A stretch of 64,000 nucleotides of DNA, taken from Octopus vulgaris. Lineage: Eukaryota. The notes beneath the pieces are model-generated. The model worked only from the letters and a program-made list of their open reading frames with translations, was not told where the DNA came from and made no database searches. Position numbers and translations under genes: made by a program. Location of the stretch: contig OX597816.1 of the NCBI GenBank assembly GCA_951406725.2, forward strand, positions 23,808,001 through 23,872,000. Direction: 5' to 3'. Below, piece by piece: positions 28,374 to 40,662 of the stretch; within the stretch, counting starts at the first letter, position 1; the number at the start of each line of letters is the position of its first letter.

Positions 28374-28739
28374 CATAACAAAAACTGATATAAAATAATT
28401 CTTTTTAATTTTGAGGGGAGGGGTTGATTCGATTACATCGAATGTGACTGGTATTTATTTTATCGACTCGGAGAGAATGAAAAGCGAAGTTGACTTTGGT
28501 GGGATTTGAACTCGGCAAGTAAAGAATCGGAAAAAAATGTCACGAGATTGTGTGACGTTGATGCCTTTTCTTTCAATATAAGTAAATCCTGCATTATGTA
28601 TATAATGGGAGAATACCAGAATAGGCAGAGCGTCGAATAAAATACTTTTGTGACATTTAATAACGTTCCTTTAATGTTCTAACTTCAAATTCCTCCCAGG
28701 TCCACGTTGCTTTTCATCGTTTAAAAGTCGACAATATAA

Positions 28740-29377
28740 TATTCTTTTCTACTCTAGGCACAAAGCCCTATATTTTGGGGGAGGGGAGGGACAGTCGATT
28801 AGATCGATCGCAGTACACAACTGGTACTTAATGTATCGACCCCGTAAGGATGAAAAGCAAAGTCGACCTCGGCAAAATTTGAACACAGAACGTAACAGCA
28901 GACGAAGTACCTATTTCTTTACTACCTATTTCTTTAGCACAAGGGGCTAAACACAGAGGAGACAAACAAGGACAGACAAACGGATTCAGTCGATTATATT
29001 GACCCCAGTGCGTAACTGATACTTATTTAATCGACCCCAGTGCGTAACTGATACTTATTTAATCGACCCCGAAAGGATGAAAGGCAAAGTGAACCTCGGC
29101 GGAATTTGAACTCAGAACGTAGCAGCAGACGAAATACCTATTTCTATTTCTTTACTACCCACAAGAGGCCAAACACAGAGGGGACAAACAAGGACAGACA
29201 AACGGATTAAGTCGATTACATCGACCCCAGTGCGTAACTGGTACTTATTTAATCGATCCCGAAAGGATGAAAGGCAAAGTCGACCAAGGCGGAATTTGAA
29301 CTCAGAGCGTAGCGGCAGACGAAACACTGCTAAGCATTTCGCCCGGCGTGCTAACGTTTCTGTCGGCTCGCCGCCTT
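28740..29377 (-). mobile_element. SINE family 2 trimer
   Basis: One head plus three body units. Confidence 0.87.
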
Positions 29378-29545
29378 AAAGATATTTGCATATTGACAAC
29401 ACACCTCATGACACATTGGTTCATTGAAGCACCAATGAAGACTCCGACTTCATATGGGGCTTCGTACTGTCAACACACCAGCTTGATGAAAACCCTAGCA
29501 CTCGCCCACCTTTCTTTCAAATAACATCAATACAAGTTGAATTAA

Positions 29546-29942
29546 AAGCAGCGAGATGGCAGAAACGTTAGCATGCCGGGCGAAATGCGAAGCCGTATTT
29601 CGTCTGCCGTTACGTTCTGTGTTCAAATTCCGCCGAGGTCGACTTTGCCTTTCATCCTTTCGGGGTCGATTAAATAAGTACCAGTTACGCACTGGTATCG
29701 ATATAATCGACTTAATCCGTTTGTCTGTCCTTGTTTGTCCTCTCTGTGTTTAGCCCCTTGTGGGTAGTAAAGAAATAGGTATTTCGTCAGTCTTGACTTT
29801 CTAAATTACAATTCTACCGAGGTCGACTTTGCCTTTCATCCTTTCGGAATCGATAAAATAAGTACCAGTTGCGCACTGGGGTAGATGTAAGCGACATACC
29901 CACTACCCTGAACTTGCTGGCTTTGTACCAAAATTTGAAACC
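29546..29942 (+). mobile_element. SINE family 2 dimer
   Basis: Head plus two units. Confidence 0.85.
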
Positions 29943-30123
29943 GACGTAAGTTGAATTAACAATGAAATCTAATGAACCAAAAAGATTTATCAGATTTACA
30001 GACCTACAGCTGCTTGCAGTGGTGAACTGTACAATCTTGGGTTACACAAAATGATCTACTTGAACTCGTCCGTTCGAATAGTTATTGCGCCTTATCTATT
30101 ATCTAACTGATATTCTATCTACA

Positions 30124-30472
30124 GTGAAGGCGCATGGCTCAGTGGTTAGAGCGTCGAGCTTACGATCGTGAGGTTGTGAGTTCGATTCTCGTACCGGGCT
30201 ACGTGTTGTGTTCTTGAGCAAGAAACTTTATTTCAAGTTGCTCCATTTAACTCAGCTGTAGAAATGAGTTGCGACATCACTGGTGCCAAGCTGTATCGGC
30301 CTTTGCCTTTCCCTTGGATAACATCAGTGGTGTTGAGAGGGGAGGCTGGTATGCATGGGCGACTGCTGGCCTCCCATAAACAACCTTGCCCCGACTTGTG
30401 CCTCTCGGAGGGTAACATTCTAGGAGCAATCCCATGGTCATTCATGACCGATGGGGTTCTCCTCCTCCTATC
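30124..30472 (+). mobile_element. tRNA-derived SINE family 5 with 9-bp TSD
   Basis: A-box tggctcagtgg and B-box gagttcgattc. ctatctaca at 30115-30123 and 30473-30481. Confidence 0.85.
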
Positions 30473-30719
30473 CTATCTACACAACGATTAATTCTCAAAT
30501 GACGTCGTAAAAGATATGAAAGGCCATGCATGCAAATCAAAGTTAAGATAGGTAGAGCAAGAACCTAGAATGATACGTGCTGGACACGACATCGTAGAAC
30601 TTTATTATTTAATCTGCGATGCTTGCCAATAAGCAATAAAATATTCATACTAACTTCTGATGTGTCTGTCGATGGTTTGTCCCGATATGACTCATTCACA
30701 GACAATAGCTAAATTATTA

Positions 30720-31987
30720 CAAGGGAAAGTAAAAAATTATCTGCACTTCCATCAAAACTTTCTTTAAGTTGACCACACTGCTTTCAAAGCTCACGTGCTA
30801 AAAGGAGGTATCCTTGTGGTTACATAACAAAAGTTTAACTTTGATCCCTGCAGGTTTCTTTCTTGTGTTAAAGAGTATAAATAGCCGCTGCATTGACAGT
30901 GTGCACCAAGGAAGAACAGAGATCAGTGATCTGATTTCTCTGGTCTGAAAGAGTGTCAGGAGCTGAAATTCAATAGAATACAGGAACAACGCTCTACCAG
31001 GTGGGACTGTGTTTGAATGGATCGAGAAGTTTAAAAGTGATCGGGTAAACACGAAATATAAAGTGGGAACAGGATGCCTATCAACCTCCCCCATTGACGT
31101 GGAGAATTAACAAGCTCGAGAGACGGTTCTGGCTAACCGACGAGTGACCATCAATGGGGTAGCATGTTCTCTGCAAATTAATCTTGGTTCTGCATACGAA
31201 ATCATCCATGACAAGCTTCGTTTCCTAAAGTCTTTGCAAAATGGGTGCCAAGAGAGCTTACCGAAGTACATAGGCGCAGTCGTTTGGAGAGCTGTCAACG
31301 CTTACTCGACCGCTACAACGATAAAGGTAATTTTTTTTTTAGTAGAAAATAGTGAAAAGAGATGAGACCAGGGACCATCACTTTCAGCTAGTATCCAAAA
31401 GGCAGAGTATAGAATGGAATACCCAGAACCACCAGTGAAAAAGAAATTGAAGATTCAACCCTCCTCAGAGAAAGCGATGCTAACCGCTTTAAGGATGCAA
31501 AAAGGCCTATACTGGAGCATTACCGGGGAATGAAGTCTATGGTCACTAGTGTAAGCTACAGTGAAATGTTGTCTAACAACTGAAACGAACCAAACGCCGA
31601 TGTCCACTGTCAAACCAAGTGTTATTGTTGCACAACAATGCATACCCACATACAACTGCTCCCACAATTGAAACCATTGAACACCCCGGAACACCCTGCA
31701 GTTCAGATCACGCACCTTCCGACTACCCACACTTTAAATCGCTCAAACATCCTTTACGAGGTCGTCGATTTGCTAAGGGCGAAGAAGCGCAAAGAGCGGT
31801 GCCCAAACGGCTGCGCGACCAACCGAAAACCTTCTCCGATGAAATAAACAAGATTGTGGACCGCTGAAAAAAAGGGCATCAAAAAACAAAGAGACTACGT
31901 CGAAAAATGATGTAATTGTTCAAACCCTGCTTCTGTTTTGATAAATTACAAAAACAAGATTGCGTGCAATTTTTTTACTTGCCCTCG
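30720..31987 (+). mobile_element. Full-length decayed mariner transposon
   Basis: Imperfect TIRs ta-caagggaaagtaaaaaatt and aatttttttacttgccctcg-ta. Remnants KWVPREL, DET, LLLHNNAYPHT and APSDY. Confidence 0.85.
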
Positions 31988-32055
31988 TATTTCGAACATT
32001 CTAGACCAGATGCTATTATGTGGCGAGTGTTTGTCATAAACTATGGTTTTTAAGT

Positions 32056-32478
32056 TACCTATTTCTTTACTACCAACAAGGGGCTAAACACAGAGAGGAC
32101 AGACAAGGACAGACAAACGGATTAAGTCGATTACATCGACACCAGTGCGTAACTGGTACTTATTTAATCGACCCACGAAAGGATGAAAGGCAAAGTCAAC
32201 CTCGGCGGAATTTCAACTCAGAACGTAACGGCAGACGAAATACCTATTTCTTTACTACCCACAAGGAGCTAAACACAGAGAGGACAAACAAGGACAGACA
32301 AATGGATTAAGTCGATTACATCGACCCCAGTGCGTAACTTGTACATATTTAATCGACCCCGAAAGGATGAAAGGCAAAGTCGACTTTGGCGGAATTTGAA
32401 CTCAGAACGTAACGGCAGACGAAATACGGCTACGCATTTCGCCCGGCGTGCTAACGTTTCTGCCAGCTTGCCGCCTTA
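32056..32478 (-). mobile_element. SINE family 2 dimer
   Basis: Head plus two units. Confidence 0.87.
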
Positions 32479-32910
32479 TGGTTTTTAAGTTGCCGTTTGA
32501 GGAGTGGTATGTTATTTGATTCCTAAAGCGGAACACTACTTCTACTACCTGATTCATTCCATAACTCCAAGAAGTGTGAACCGAGTATTGGTTTAGGATA
32601 AACAGGAAAGAAAACGCTCCGATAAAGTTACAGCAAGTTTTATTGTGAATCCTTTGAAAATGGTCAATGTTATCTTCTCTCAAAGTGTTGCGTGATCCAC
32701 GTTTGTGTGTAACGTTACAAAGTGTCGAGCAGCTGTAGATGGTATGTAGAGATCTAAGGACAAGTCAGGGAAATGAAACAATTTACAGATCGCTGGTTAA
32801 TATATACTGAGAAGAAAAAAAACGGGAAAAGAGAAGCTGTATTGATCCTTGCAGGAATCATAATCCGAATTTATAAGAATCAAAATAAATGCCAGAAAAA
32901 GTAACAAAAC

Positions 32911-33160
32911 AGATAATTTTGCATAGGTAATTTTCGACTTTTGTCTGAAAAACTAGATATTTCTAGTTGTGGTTTGGCTTCTTTTTACAATACGAATGAA
33001 GAGCCAATTTTTTATCGAGAAAATTCGTAGGGATTAAATCTAACAAAACGATAATTTTGCACAGGTAATTTTCGATTTTTGTATGAAAAACTAGATATTT
33101 CTAGCAATGATTTGGTTTCCTTTTACAATACGAATGACATACCGAATTTTATCGAGAAAT
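32911..33160. repeat. Diverged ~139-bp tandem duplication
   Basis: gataattttgca.aggtaattttcga..tttgt.tgaaaaactagatatttctag at about 32912 and 33050. Confidence 0.85.
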
Positions 33161-33282
33161 TTTTTAGAGACTATGTCTATTCTGCATATTACTGGCATTT
33201 TATTTATCGACATTGCTAATACAAAGTGAAGTTTAGTACAATTTGAATACTTATTGTATGAAACTAAAATACTAAAATAGAT

Positions 33283-33803
33283 AGGCGCAGGAGTGGCTGT
33301 GTGGTATATGCGCAGGAGTGGCTGTGTGGTATATGCGCAGGAGTGGCTGTGTGGTATAGGCACTGGAGTGGCTGTGTGGTATATGCGCAGGAGTGGCTGT
33401 GTGGTAAGTAGCTTGCTTACCAACCACATGGTTCCGGGTTCAGTCCCACTTCGTGGCACCTTGGCCAAGTGTCTTCTAATATAGCCTCGGGCCGACCAAA
33501 GCCTTCTGAGTGGATTTGGTAGACGGAAACTGAAAGAAGCCCGTCGTATATATGTATATGTATATATGTGTGTGTGTGTTTGTGTGTCTGTGTTTGTCCC
33601 CCCCCCCCCCACAATCGCTTGGCAACCGATGCTAGTGTGTTTACGTCCCCGTAATTTAGCGGTTCGGCGAAAGAGACCGATATAATAAGTACTAGGCTTA
33701 CAAAGAATACGTCCTGGGGTCGATTTGCTCGACTAAAGGCGGTGATCCAGCATGGCCACAGTTAAATGACTGAAACAAGTAAAAGAATAAAAGAGTAAAA
33801 GAG
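33283..33803 (+). mobile_element. SINE family 1 with its first ~26 bp repeated five times
   Basis: (gcgcaggagtggctgtgtggtata)-type unit five times, then the normal body and tail. Confidence 0.9.
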
Positions 33804-34165
33804 ATTCATTTAGACATTAAGTCAGCCTCCTTCATTTAAAAAAAAATCTATTGGCTTCCTACTTATTCCAATTTGGTACAATGATTCTTACTTATAGCGA
33901 AGACAAGAATATATCTCTTCGAAGTTGTTTCTCTGAGTTTCTAGAATGTGTGTGTCTATTCATTCAGAAAAACCAAATATACTCCTTGGCTCATAACATT
34001 TCCTCCAGTAATGGCTTTCATGAGAGAGCATACGAGGTGCCATTGTGACCCTTTAGCGAACCCACGGTGGCTAGGATTCCATAAATCACTGGTATGATTT
34101 CGTTTGAACCATTTCATCTGTTTTCGTTAAATCTAGTTAAAATCTAGTCTTCGTTAACTTACTTC

Positions 34166-34215
<50 letters not shown>

Positions 34216-34217
<2 letters not shown>

Positions 34218-34580
34218 CAAGAGCACTCAGACAGCGCAAACCTCCGCCAAGACAACAACAACGTCCTCACAACGATTAGCAGGGGAGGATTTTTAAAATG
34301 AGAATATCTGAAATAAACTCGACTGCTCTCATAAACGGGAATACTAAAAATGAACCGAACCGCTCTCAAAAATTAAGTTAAAAAGAAAAAACAGTAAAAA
34401 TAATCCAGGATCCTTGTCTGGAAACGGATCGATCCCAAAATTTAACCAGTTCGTACCTGTCACAGGGCCAAACAACCCTGAAAATTTCATCTGAATCCGT
34501 CCAGCGGTTCTTGAGATATCTTGTCTACGGACGGCCAAACAAACAAACAAATATGACTGCAAACAATACCTCCGCCTTTA
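34216..34580. mobile_element. Helentron/HINE-like repeat (copy of the 11386 family)
   Basis: Collinear with 11386-11730. Confidence 0.65.
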
Positions 34581-34783
34581 CTAAATTCAACTGTTTTTAA
34601 TCTACTTGTTAGTCATTTTCTGGTTAATAGAAGTCATGAAATTCCAAAGGGAAAGTAAGAGACGCGCATACTTTCTTCCCCTGAGAGCATTGGCCAACAG
34701 AGATGAACCAATGTAGATGGAAACCGCTTCAAAGTTTCGGGGTCCCTGAACACCTAACTCTGTTCTTCGACATTCATATGTGC

Positions 34784-34831
<48 letters not shown>

Positions 34832-35049
34832 GTGTAAATAAATATAACTATACTAAATATATATATATATATGCATATACATAAACACATCCATAAATAC
34901 ACACACACACACATATACCATACATACACATATTTGCATATATCTACCTATATATATATATGCATATATACAAATATACATATATTTGTATATATATATA
35001 TGTATATGTATATATATGTATATATGTATATATATGTATATATATGTAT

Positions 35050-35135
<86 letters not shown>

Positions 35136-35295
35136 CTTTTCTTTCCTTTCCTGAGCGTCCAATAACACTGTACTTATTCCACGTCCTCGTGTTGTTTTTT
35201 CTTGCTTGTTCATGTTTGGATTGACTATATGTGTGTTCGTATGTGTGTGTGTATGCACGTATGTATGTATATATGTATGTATGTATGTACATATG

Positions 35296-35350
<55 letters not shown>

Positions 35351-35384
35351 GTGCGTATATATATATATATATATGTATATAAAT

Positions 35385-35420
<36 letters not shown>

Positions 35421-35895
35421 CATACACACACTTATTTCGTACATAACCTCCGATTTAGCCAGAGTAATAAATGTGTTTTGTAATATTTTATAATGTTCAT
35501 GACAAAACGTGATATCGATTTCTTATTTAACCAGAAGACCTAAAATCATTTTTGCTTCTTAATCTAAGAAAAGATTTCATCGTTCATGCCATTTTAATGG
35601 TATTAATGGCATTGGTGAACTGAAGCGAACTGACCAGAAACAAAAATTAAAGTTTGGTCGCTTTACACGGTTCACCAAAAGTTTGCTTCAATGATATGAC
35701 ACACGACGACATATTCGAAGCTTTTAAAACGTGTACGATGCTTACATCATAAAATAAAAGCTCCTTATATAAATCTCGGTGGAGAGGAGTAGAAACGATA
35801 GAGAAATGATAGAGAAATGATAGAGAGACGAGGGAGAAATGATAGAGTGCATCGCACAGGAGCAATAGGGATCTAGAGGAATTCAGTTAGAAACG

Positions 35896-36744
35896 CAACG
35901 GCTGAGAACACACACTGTTGTGTCGATTAAGATAAATTAGAATTCGAATGAATGAGAGTACTCTCAGCTATTCCCAAACTAGGTTGCATGAGCAGTGTCT
36001 ATAATTTTAAAAGATTGTTCGTTCCTTCTCGAGCCATGCCTGGTTCATAAGGGCCGGTTTCCCGGTTTCCTTGGCGTACATGTTCCCCACCTGGACGGGA
36101 CGCCGGTTCGTCGCAGGTGAGCTGCAAGATGCAGGAGGAAAGAGAGGAAGTTGTGGCGAAAGAGTCAGCAGAAGTTCGCCATTACCTTCTGCCGGAGCCG
36201 CGTGGAGCATAAGTGTTTCGCTCATTAACACACACATCGCCCGGTCTGAGATGCGAACCCACGATCCCTCGACCGCGAGTCCGCTGCTCTAACCACTTGG
36301 ACATGTGCCTCCACAACGGCTGAGAATACAAACTGTTGTGTCGATTAAGACTAACCAGAACTCGAATGAGCGAGAACGCTCTCAGACAATCCGAAACTAG
36401 GTTGCATGAGCTGTGTCTACAATTTTAAAAGGTTGTTCGTTTTTTCTCGAGCCATGCCTGGCTCATACGGGTCGGTTTCCTTGGCGTATAGGTTCCCCAC
36501 CTGGACGGGACGCCGGTCCGTCGCAGGTGGGCTGCAAGATGCAGGAGGAAAGAGTGAGTGGAAGTTGTGGCGAAAGAGTCAGCAGAAGTTCACCATTACC
36601 TTCTGCCGGAGTCGCGTGGAGCTTAGGTGTTTCGCTCATAAACACACACATCGCCCGGTCTGAGATTCGAACCCACGATCTCTCGACCGCGAATCCGCTG
36701 CTCTAACCACTAGGCCATGTGTCTCCACACAATTTTAAAAGGTT
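35896..36744 (-). mobile_element. Two tRNA-derived SINE copies inside a ~420-bp tandem duplication
   Basis: Head related to family 3. The second copy is bounded by caattttaaaaggtt at 36420 and 36730. The flank caacggctgagaa...aggttgcatgagc is duplicated. Confidence 0.85.
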
Positions 36745-37973
36745 GCAGTGTAAAATCTATTATTACCGGGTTGCATAATGCGGCGAGCTGGCAGAATCGT
36801 TAACACATTAGCCAAAATGCTTAGCAGCATTTGTTCTGACTTTGCATTCCGAGTTCAAATTTTGCGAAGGTCAAATTTGCCCTTTATCTTGTCAAGGTAG
36901 ATAAGATAAGTACTAGTAATCGGCTAGAAACCCAGCGCCCAAATTTCAGGCCTTGTTCCTTTAGTAGAAAGATTAATTATCCAGATATAATTATTCATTT
37001 CATATATGTTTTAGCTGTTAAGATGCGCGGCCTAGTGGTTAAGGTGGTTTCGATTCCCAGGTCGGGGGTTGAGTAGGTGTTCTTGAACAAAACATTAGTT
37101 TATTACAGACTTTCTGCTGCTTCCTGCATGGGAAAAGGCAGGAACATGGGAGATGGACACAAAACGCGTTGACGCTCGACAGTCAGGCCAAGAATGAAAG
37201 ATCATGGTTGGCAGGACACACAATCGTCTGAAGATCCGCAACGTGAAACTCGGAACTCGAAACAGGGTTATTAGAATATAGCGCTGTTTATATAAGTATT
37301 TACTTCCTTACATTATTTATCTTGTTCCTGTATGTCTGTAAGTATGTATGTATGTGTGTATATATATATATATAGGAAAAAAGCAACAAGAATGGATTAA
37401 AATCTCGGTACGATCGTTTCGTACGAGGACATCTTTAATAAGCTACAAAAAATGCAGTGAATACAGATGGCTCGTACTCGTCAGCCGAAAAAACATCAGA
37501 GAATTCCCAAACATCAAAAGGGGTAGATACAAAAGAGGTTGTAAGATTAACTGCATTGAAGAAAGTTCGATTCATGGAGATCCGATGAATGGTTTTAAAC
37601 TTACAGAATTTGTGCATGTCTACATATAGCTCATATTAAATTGCTAATCAAGTTGTGTGAAGAAATTTTCGGATACAGTCATGCAAAATTTCTGAAAATC
37701 CGAGTAAGAAGCAAAATGACTGTCATATCGTGTAGAGGAAAGTCTGAGTAAAAAGCAAAGTGACTGTCATAACGTGTAGAGGAACAGATTGATATTGAAA
37801 TTTACAAGAATCGCAGATAAGTTCAAGAATCGAACTTTTTTCCTATTTATTAATCACCCCACTTGTCGTATGGTTAACACCATATAGATTTCCGGTGCAT
37901 CCTAGTTAAGGACCATATTCATGTGAATTCTTTAGAATTCACTTGAATTAACTTGAATCTCAATCACTTAACC

Positions 37974-38027
<54 letters not shown>

Positions 38028-38031
<4 letters not shown>

Positions 38032-38226
38032 ACAGTTTACGAGAAAAACAAAACACGAAGACAGGTGGTGTACAAAACAAACAGATGTATTAGTAGAACG
38101 CTCAGGAATAGAAAAAGTCTTTTACGTTTCGAGCCTACGCTCTTCTACAGAAAGGGACACAGAAAAAAACAAGGAGAGAAACAAGGAGAGAAAAAAGTGT
38201 GTGTAGTGGCTAACGATCTATCATGG
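38028..38226 (-). mobile_element. Short HHR-bearing element (family C) abutting (TA)n
   Basis: Minus strand reads cttt-CTGTAGA-a-GAGC gtag GCTC-GAAA-cg-TA-aaag at 38119-38154. Near-identical copy at 60419-60625. Confidence 0.7.
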
Positions 38227-38306
38227 CAACGAAAGATGTATAGGATGGCGAATATTCTTAGAAATTTCACCACCAGTGGCCTAGCATGTATAAAATGTCA
38301 ATAGAC

Positions 38307-38506
38307 AACATATTCTTATTTTAAAATTGTGTACATTTAAACACAAGAGAAAACTACCTTTAACAGGTTATTTTTACTAGCTAGAAAAGCAGTCAAAATG
38401 ACGTGGTTTTGGTCGCTTTGACTGCTTTTTCTAGCGTGTAAAAATTATCTGTTAAAGGTAGTTTTCTCTTGTGTTTAAATGTGCACTCTTTTATATTGAG
38501 AATATG

Positions 38507-38508
<2 letters not shown>
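38307..38508. repeat. ~200-bp imperfect palindrome
   Basis: catttaaacacaagagaaaactacctttaacag and ctgttaaaggtagttttctcttgtgtttaaatg are exact reverse complements. Confidence 0.9.
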
Positions 38509-38548
<40 letters not shown>

Positions 38549-38673
38549 CATATTCCGCTCGAAACGTTAAACCCTCCTTCTTCCCTTCTTTCCTGAGCGT
38601 ACAATAATACTTTATTTGTTCTACGTCCTCGCGTTGTTGTGTTTTTTCGTTTTTTGTGTTTTCTTGTTTGGAT

Positions 38674-38700
<27 letters not shown>

Positions 38701-38709
<9 letters not shown>

Positions 38710-39493
38710 GACAAAAAAAAAATTTTGTAGAATCTTATTGCCACCAGCGGCCTAGTGGGAAAAAATTAAATAGTCATAAACCATTTTTAAGTTCAACATC
38801 ACAATCAAGGAACGGCCATAATAGGCCATTCACCCACTAGAAATAACAGCCAAAAGCTTCAACCGCAAAATAACATCAATTCCGTAAACCAGGAGAAAAT
38901 TAAAAAAACATTTACCCTGTAATTTCTTATACGATGCACCGTTTCATCTACTGTTTAATGGTAAACTAACCTGATTAAATTAAATCAAGCCAATCTACCA
39001 TAGGCCCTTAGATTCATCAGTAAGAAATAGCCAAGTCGGAACAGATATTTTTCACGAGGCATTCTCATCCCTGCCTCGGCAATATCTGACCTAAAATTTT
39101 CAAATCATCGCACTCGCGCCAAATTTATCGGCAGCAAATAAATATAAGCCGCCGATTCCATTACGGAACTAACCAGAAAATTCATAATTAATCAATATAG
39201 GGTGACAAAAAAAAAAAAAAAATTTTGTAGAATCTTATTGCCACCAGCGGCCTAGTGGGAAAAAATTAAATAGTCATAAACCATTTTTAAGTTCAACATC
39301 ACAATCAAGGAACGGCCATAATAGGCCATTCACCCACTAGAAATAACAGCCAAAAGCTTCAACCGCAAAATAACATCAATTCCGTAAACCAGGAGAAAAT
39401 TAAAAAAACATTTACCCTGTAATTTCTTATACGATGCACCGTTTCATCTACTGTTTAATGGTAAACTAACCTGATTAAATTAAATCAAGCCAA
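38701..39493 (-). mobile_element. Retrozyme-like unit A: 1.6 tandem copies of a ~494-bp non-coding unit
   Basis: 39195-39493 repeats 38701-38993 and differs only in the length of an A-run. The unit carries a complete hammerhead. Confidence 0.8.
38922..39028 (-). ncRNA. Type I hammerhead ribozyme A
   Basis: Minus strand reads ATTTCTTA-CTGATGA-ATCTA..(58 nt)..TAGAT-GAAA-CGGTGCATCG-TA/TAAGAAAT. Perfect 8-bp helix I, intact core, GUA site. Confidence 0.85.
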
Positions 39494-39559
39494 GGCTCGA
39501 CACCGTCACGGTGCCCTTAACCTGCAAAGGGAGGTAATTCCCCGATGAAGCGGAAACCA

Positions 39560-39605
39560 CACACGGACCATGGTTTCAAGGTGTATTGCCTATCATCGGC
39601 GTGTG
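39560..39605 (-). ncRNA. Type I hammerhead B (inverted copy)
   Basis: Reverse complement of 40091-40136. Confidence 0.7.
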
Positions 39606-40090
39606 GTAGGCCTCCGCTTCCTCGACGAATTCTCACTCTGCAGGATTTTCTTATATAGATTTTCAAGCAAAATACATTTGCTGATTTCGAAAATCTGTTC
39701 GAAAGCAATAATAATTCTCTAAAAGGGATATAGACAGTAACTGCTCGATAACATAAGGGACTAAAGCCATCTGAATATGGCTAGGGACAGGGCAGGGTGG
39801 TGGGGGTGTTACTGTTGCATTTAGCCCCAGGCGAACATCACCTTTCTGGTGACGTCGATGTTCGCCTGGGGCTAAATGCAACAGTAACACCCCCACCACC
39901 CTGCCCTGTCCCTAGCCATATTCAGATGGCTTTAGTCCCTTATGTTATCGAGCAGTTACTGTCTATATCCCTTTTAGAGAATTATTATTGCTTTCGAACA
40001 GATTTTCGAAATCAGCAAATGTATTTTGCTTGAAAATCTATATAAGAAAATCCTGCAGAGTGAGAATTCGTCGAGGAAGCGGAGGCCTAC

Positions 40091-40136
40091 CACACGCCGA
40101 TGATAGGCAATACACCTTGAAACCATGGTCCGTGTG
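40091..40136 (+). ncRNA. Type I hammerhead B
   Basis: CACACG-CCGATGA-t-AGG caataca CCT-t-GAAA-CCATGG-TC/CGTGTG. Helix I is extended by gaagcgga (40076-83) pairing with tccgcttc (40142-49). Confidence 0.72.
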
Positions 40137-40450
40137 TGGTTTCCGCTTCATCGGGGAATTACCTCCCTTTGCAGGTTAAGGGCACCGTGACGGTGTCGAG
40201 CCTTTCTGGTGACGTCGATGTTCGCCTGGGGCTAAATGCAACAGTAACACCCCCACCACCCTGCCCTGTCCCTAGCCATATTCAGATGGCTTTAGTCCCT
40301 TATGTTATCGAGCAGTTACTGTCTATATCCCTTTTAGAGAATCATTATTGCTTTCGAACAGATTTTCGAAATCAGCAAATGTATTTTGCTTGAAAATCTA
40401 TATAAGAAAATCCTGCAGAGTGAGAATTCGTCGAGGAAGCGGAGGCCTAC

Positions 40451-40496
40451 CACACGCCGATGATAGGCAATACACCTTGAAACCATGGTCCGTGTG
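40451..40496 (+). ncRNA. Type I hammerhead B (second tandem copy)
   Basis: Identical to 40091-40136. Confidence 0.72.
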
Positions 40497-40662
40497 TGGT
40501 TTCCGCTTCATCGGGGAATTACCTCCCTTTGCAGGTTAAGGGCACCGTGACGGTGTCGAGCCTTTCTGGTGACGTCGATGTTCGCCTGGGGCTAAATGCA
40601 ACAGTAACACCCCCACCACCCTGCCCTGTCCCTAGCCATATTCAGATGGCTTTAGTCCCTTA

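Noticed and set aside
33283-33405. CRISPR-like appearance of short regular repeats (also 25772-26300)
   Set aside because: No unique spacers, no cas genes, eukaryotic context; the repeats derive from SINEs.
39540-39560. ccgatgaagcggaaac as a second hammerhead on the opposite strand of unit B
   Set aside because: No helix II or matching helix I; it is the complement of the extended helix I of HHR B.
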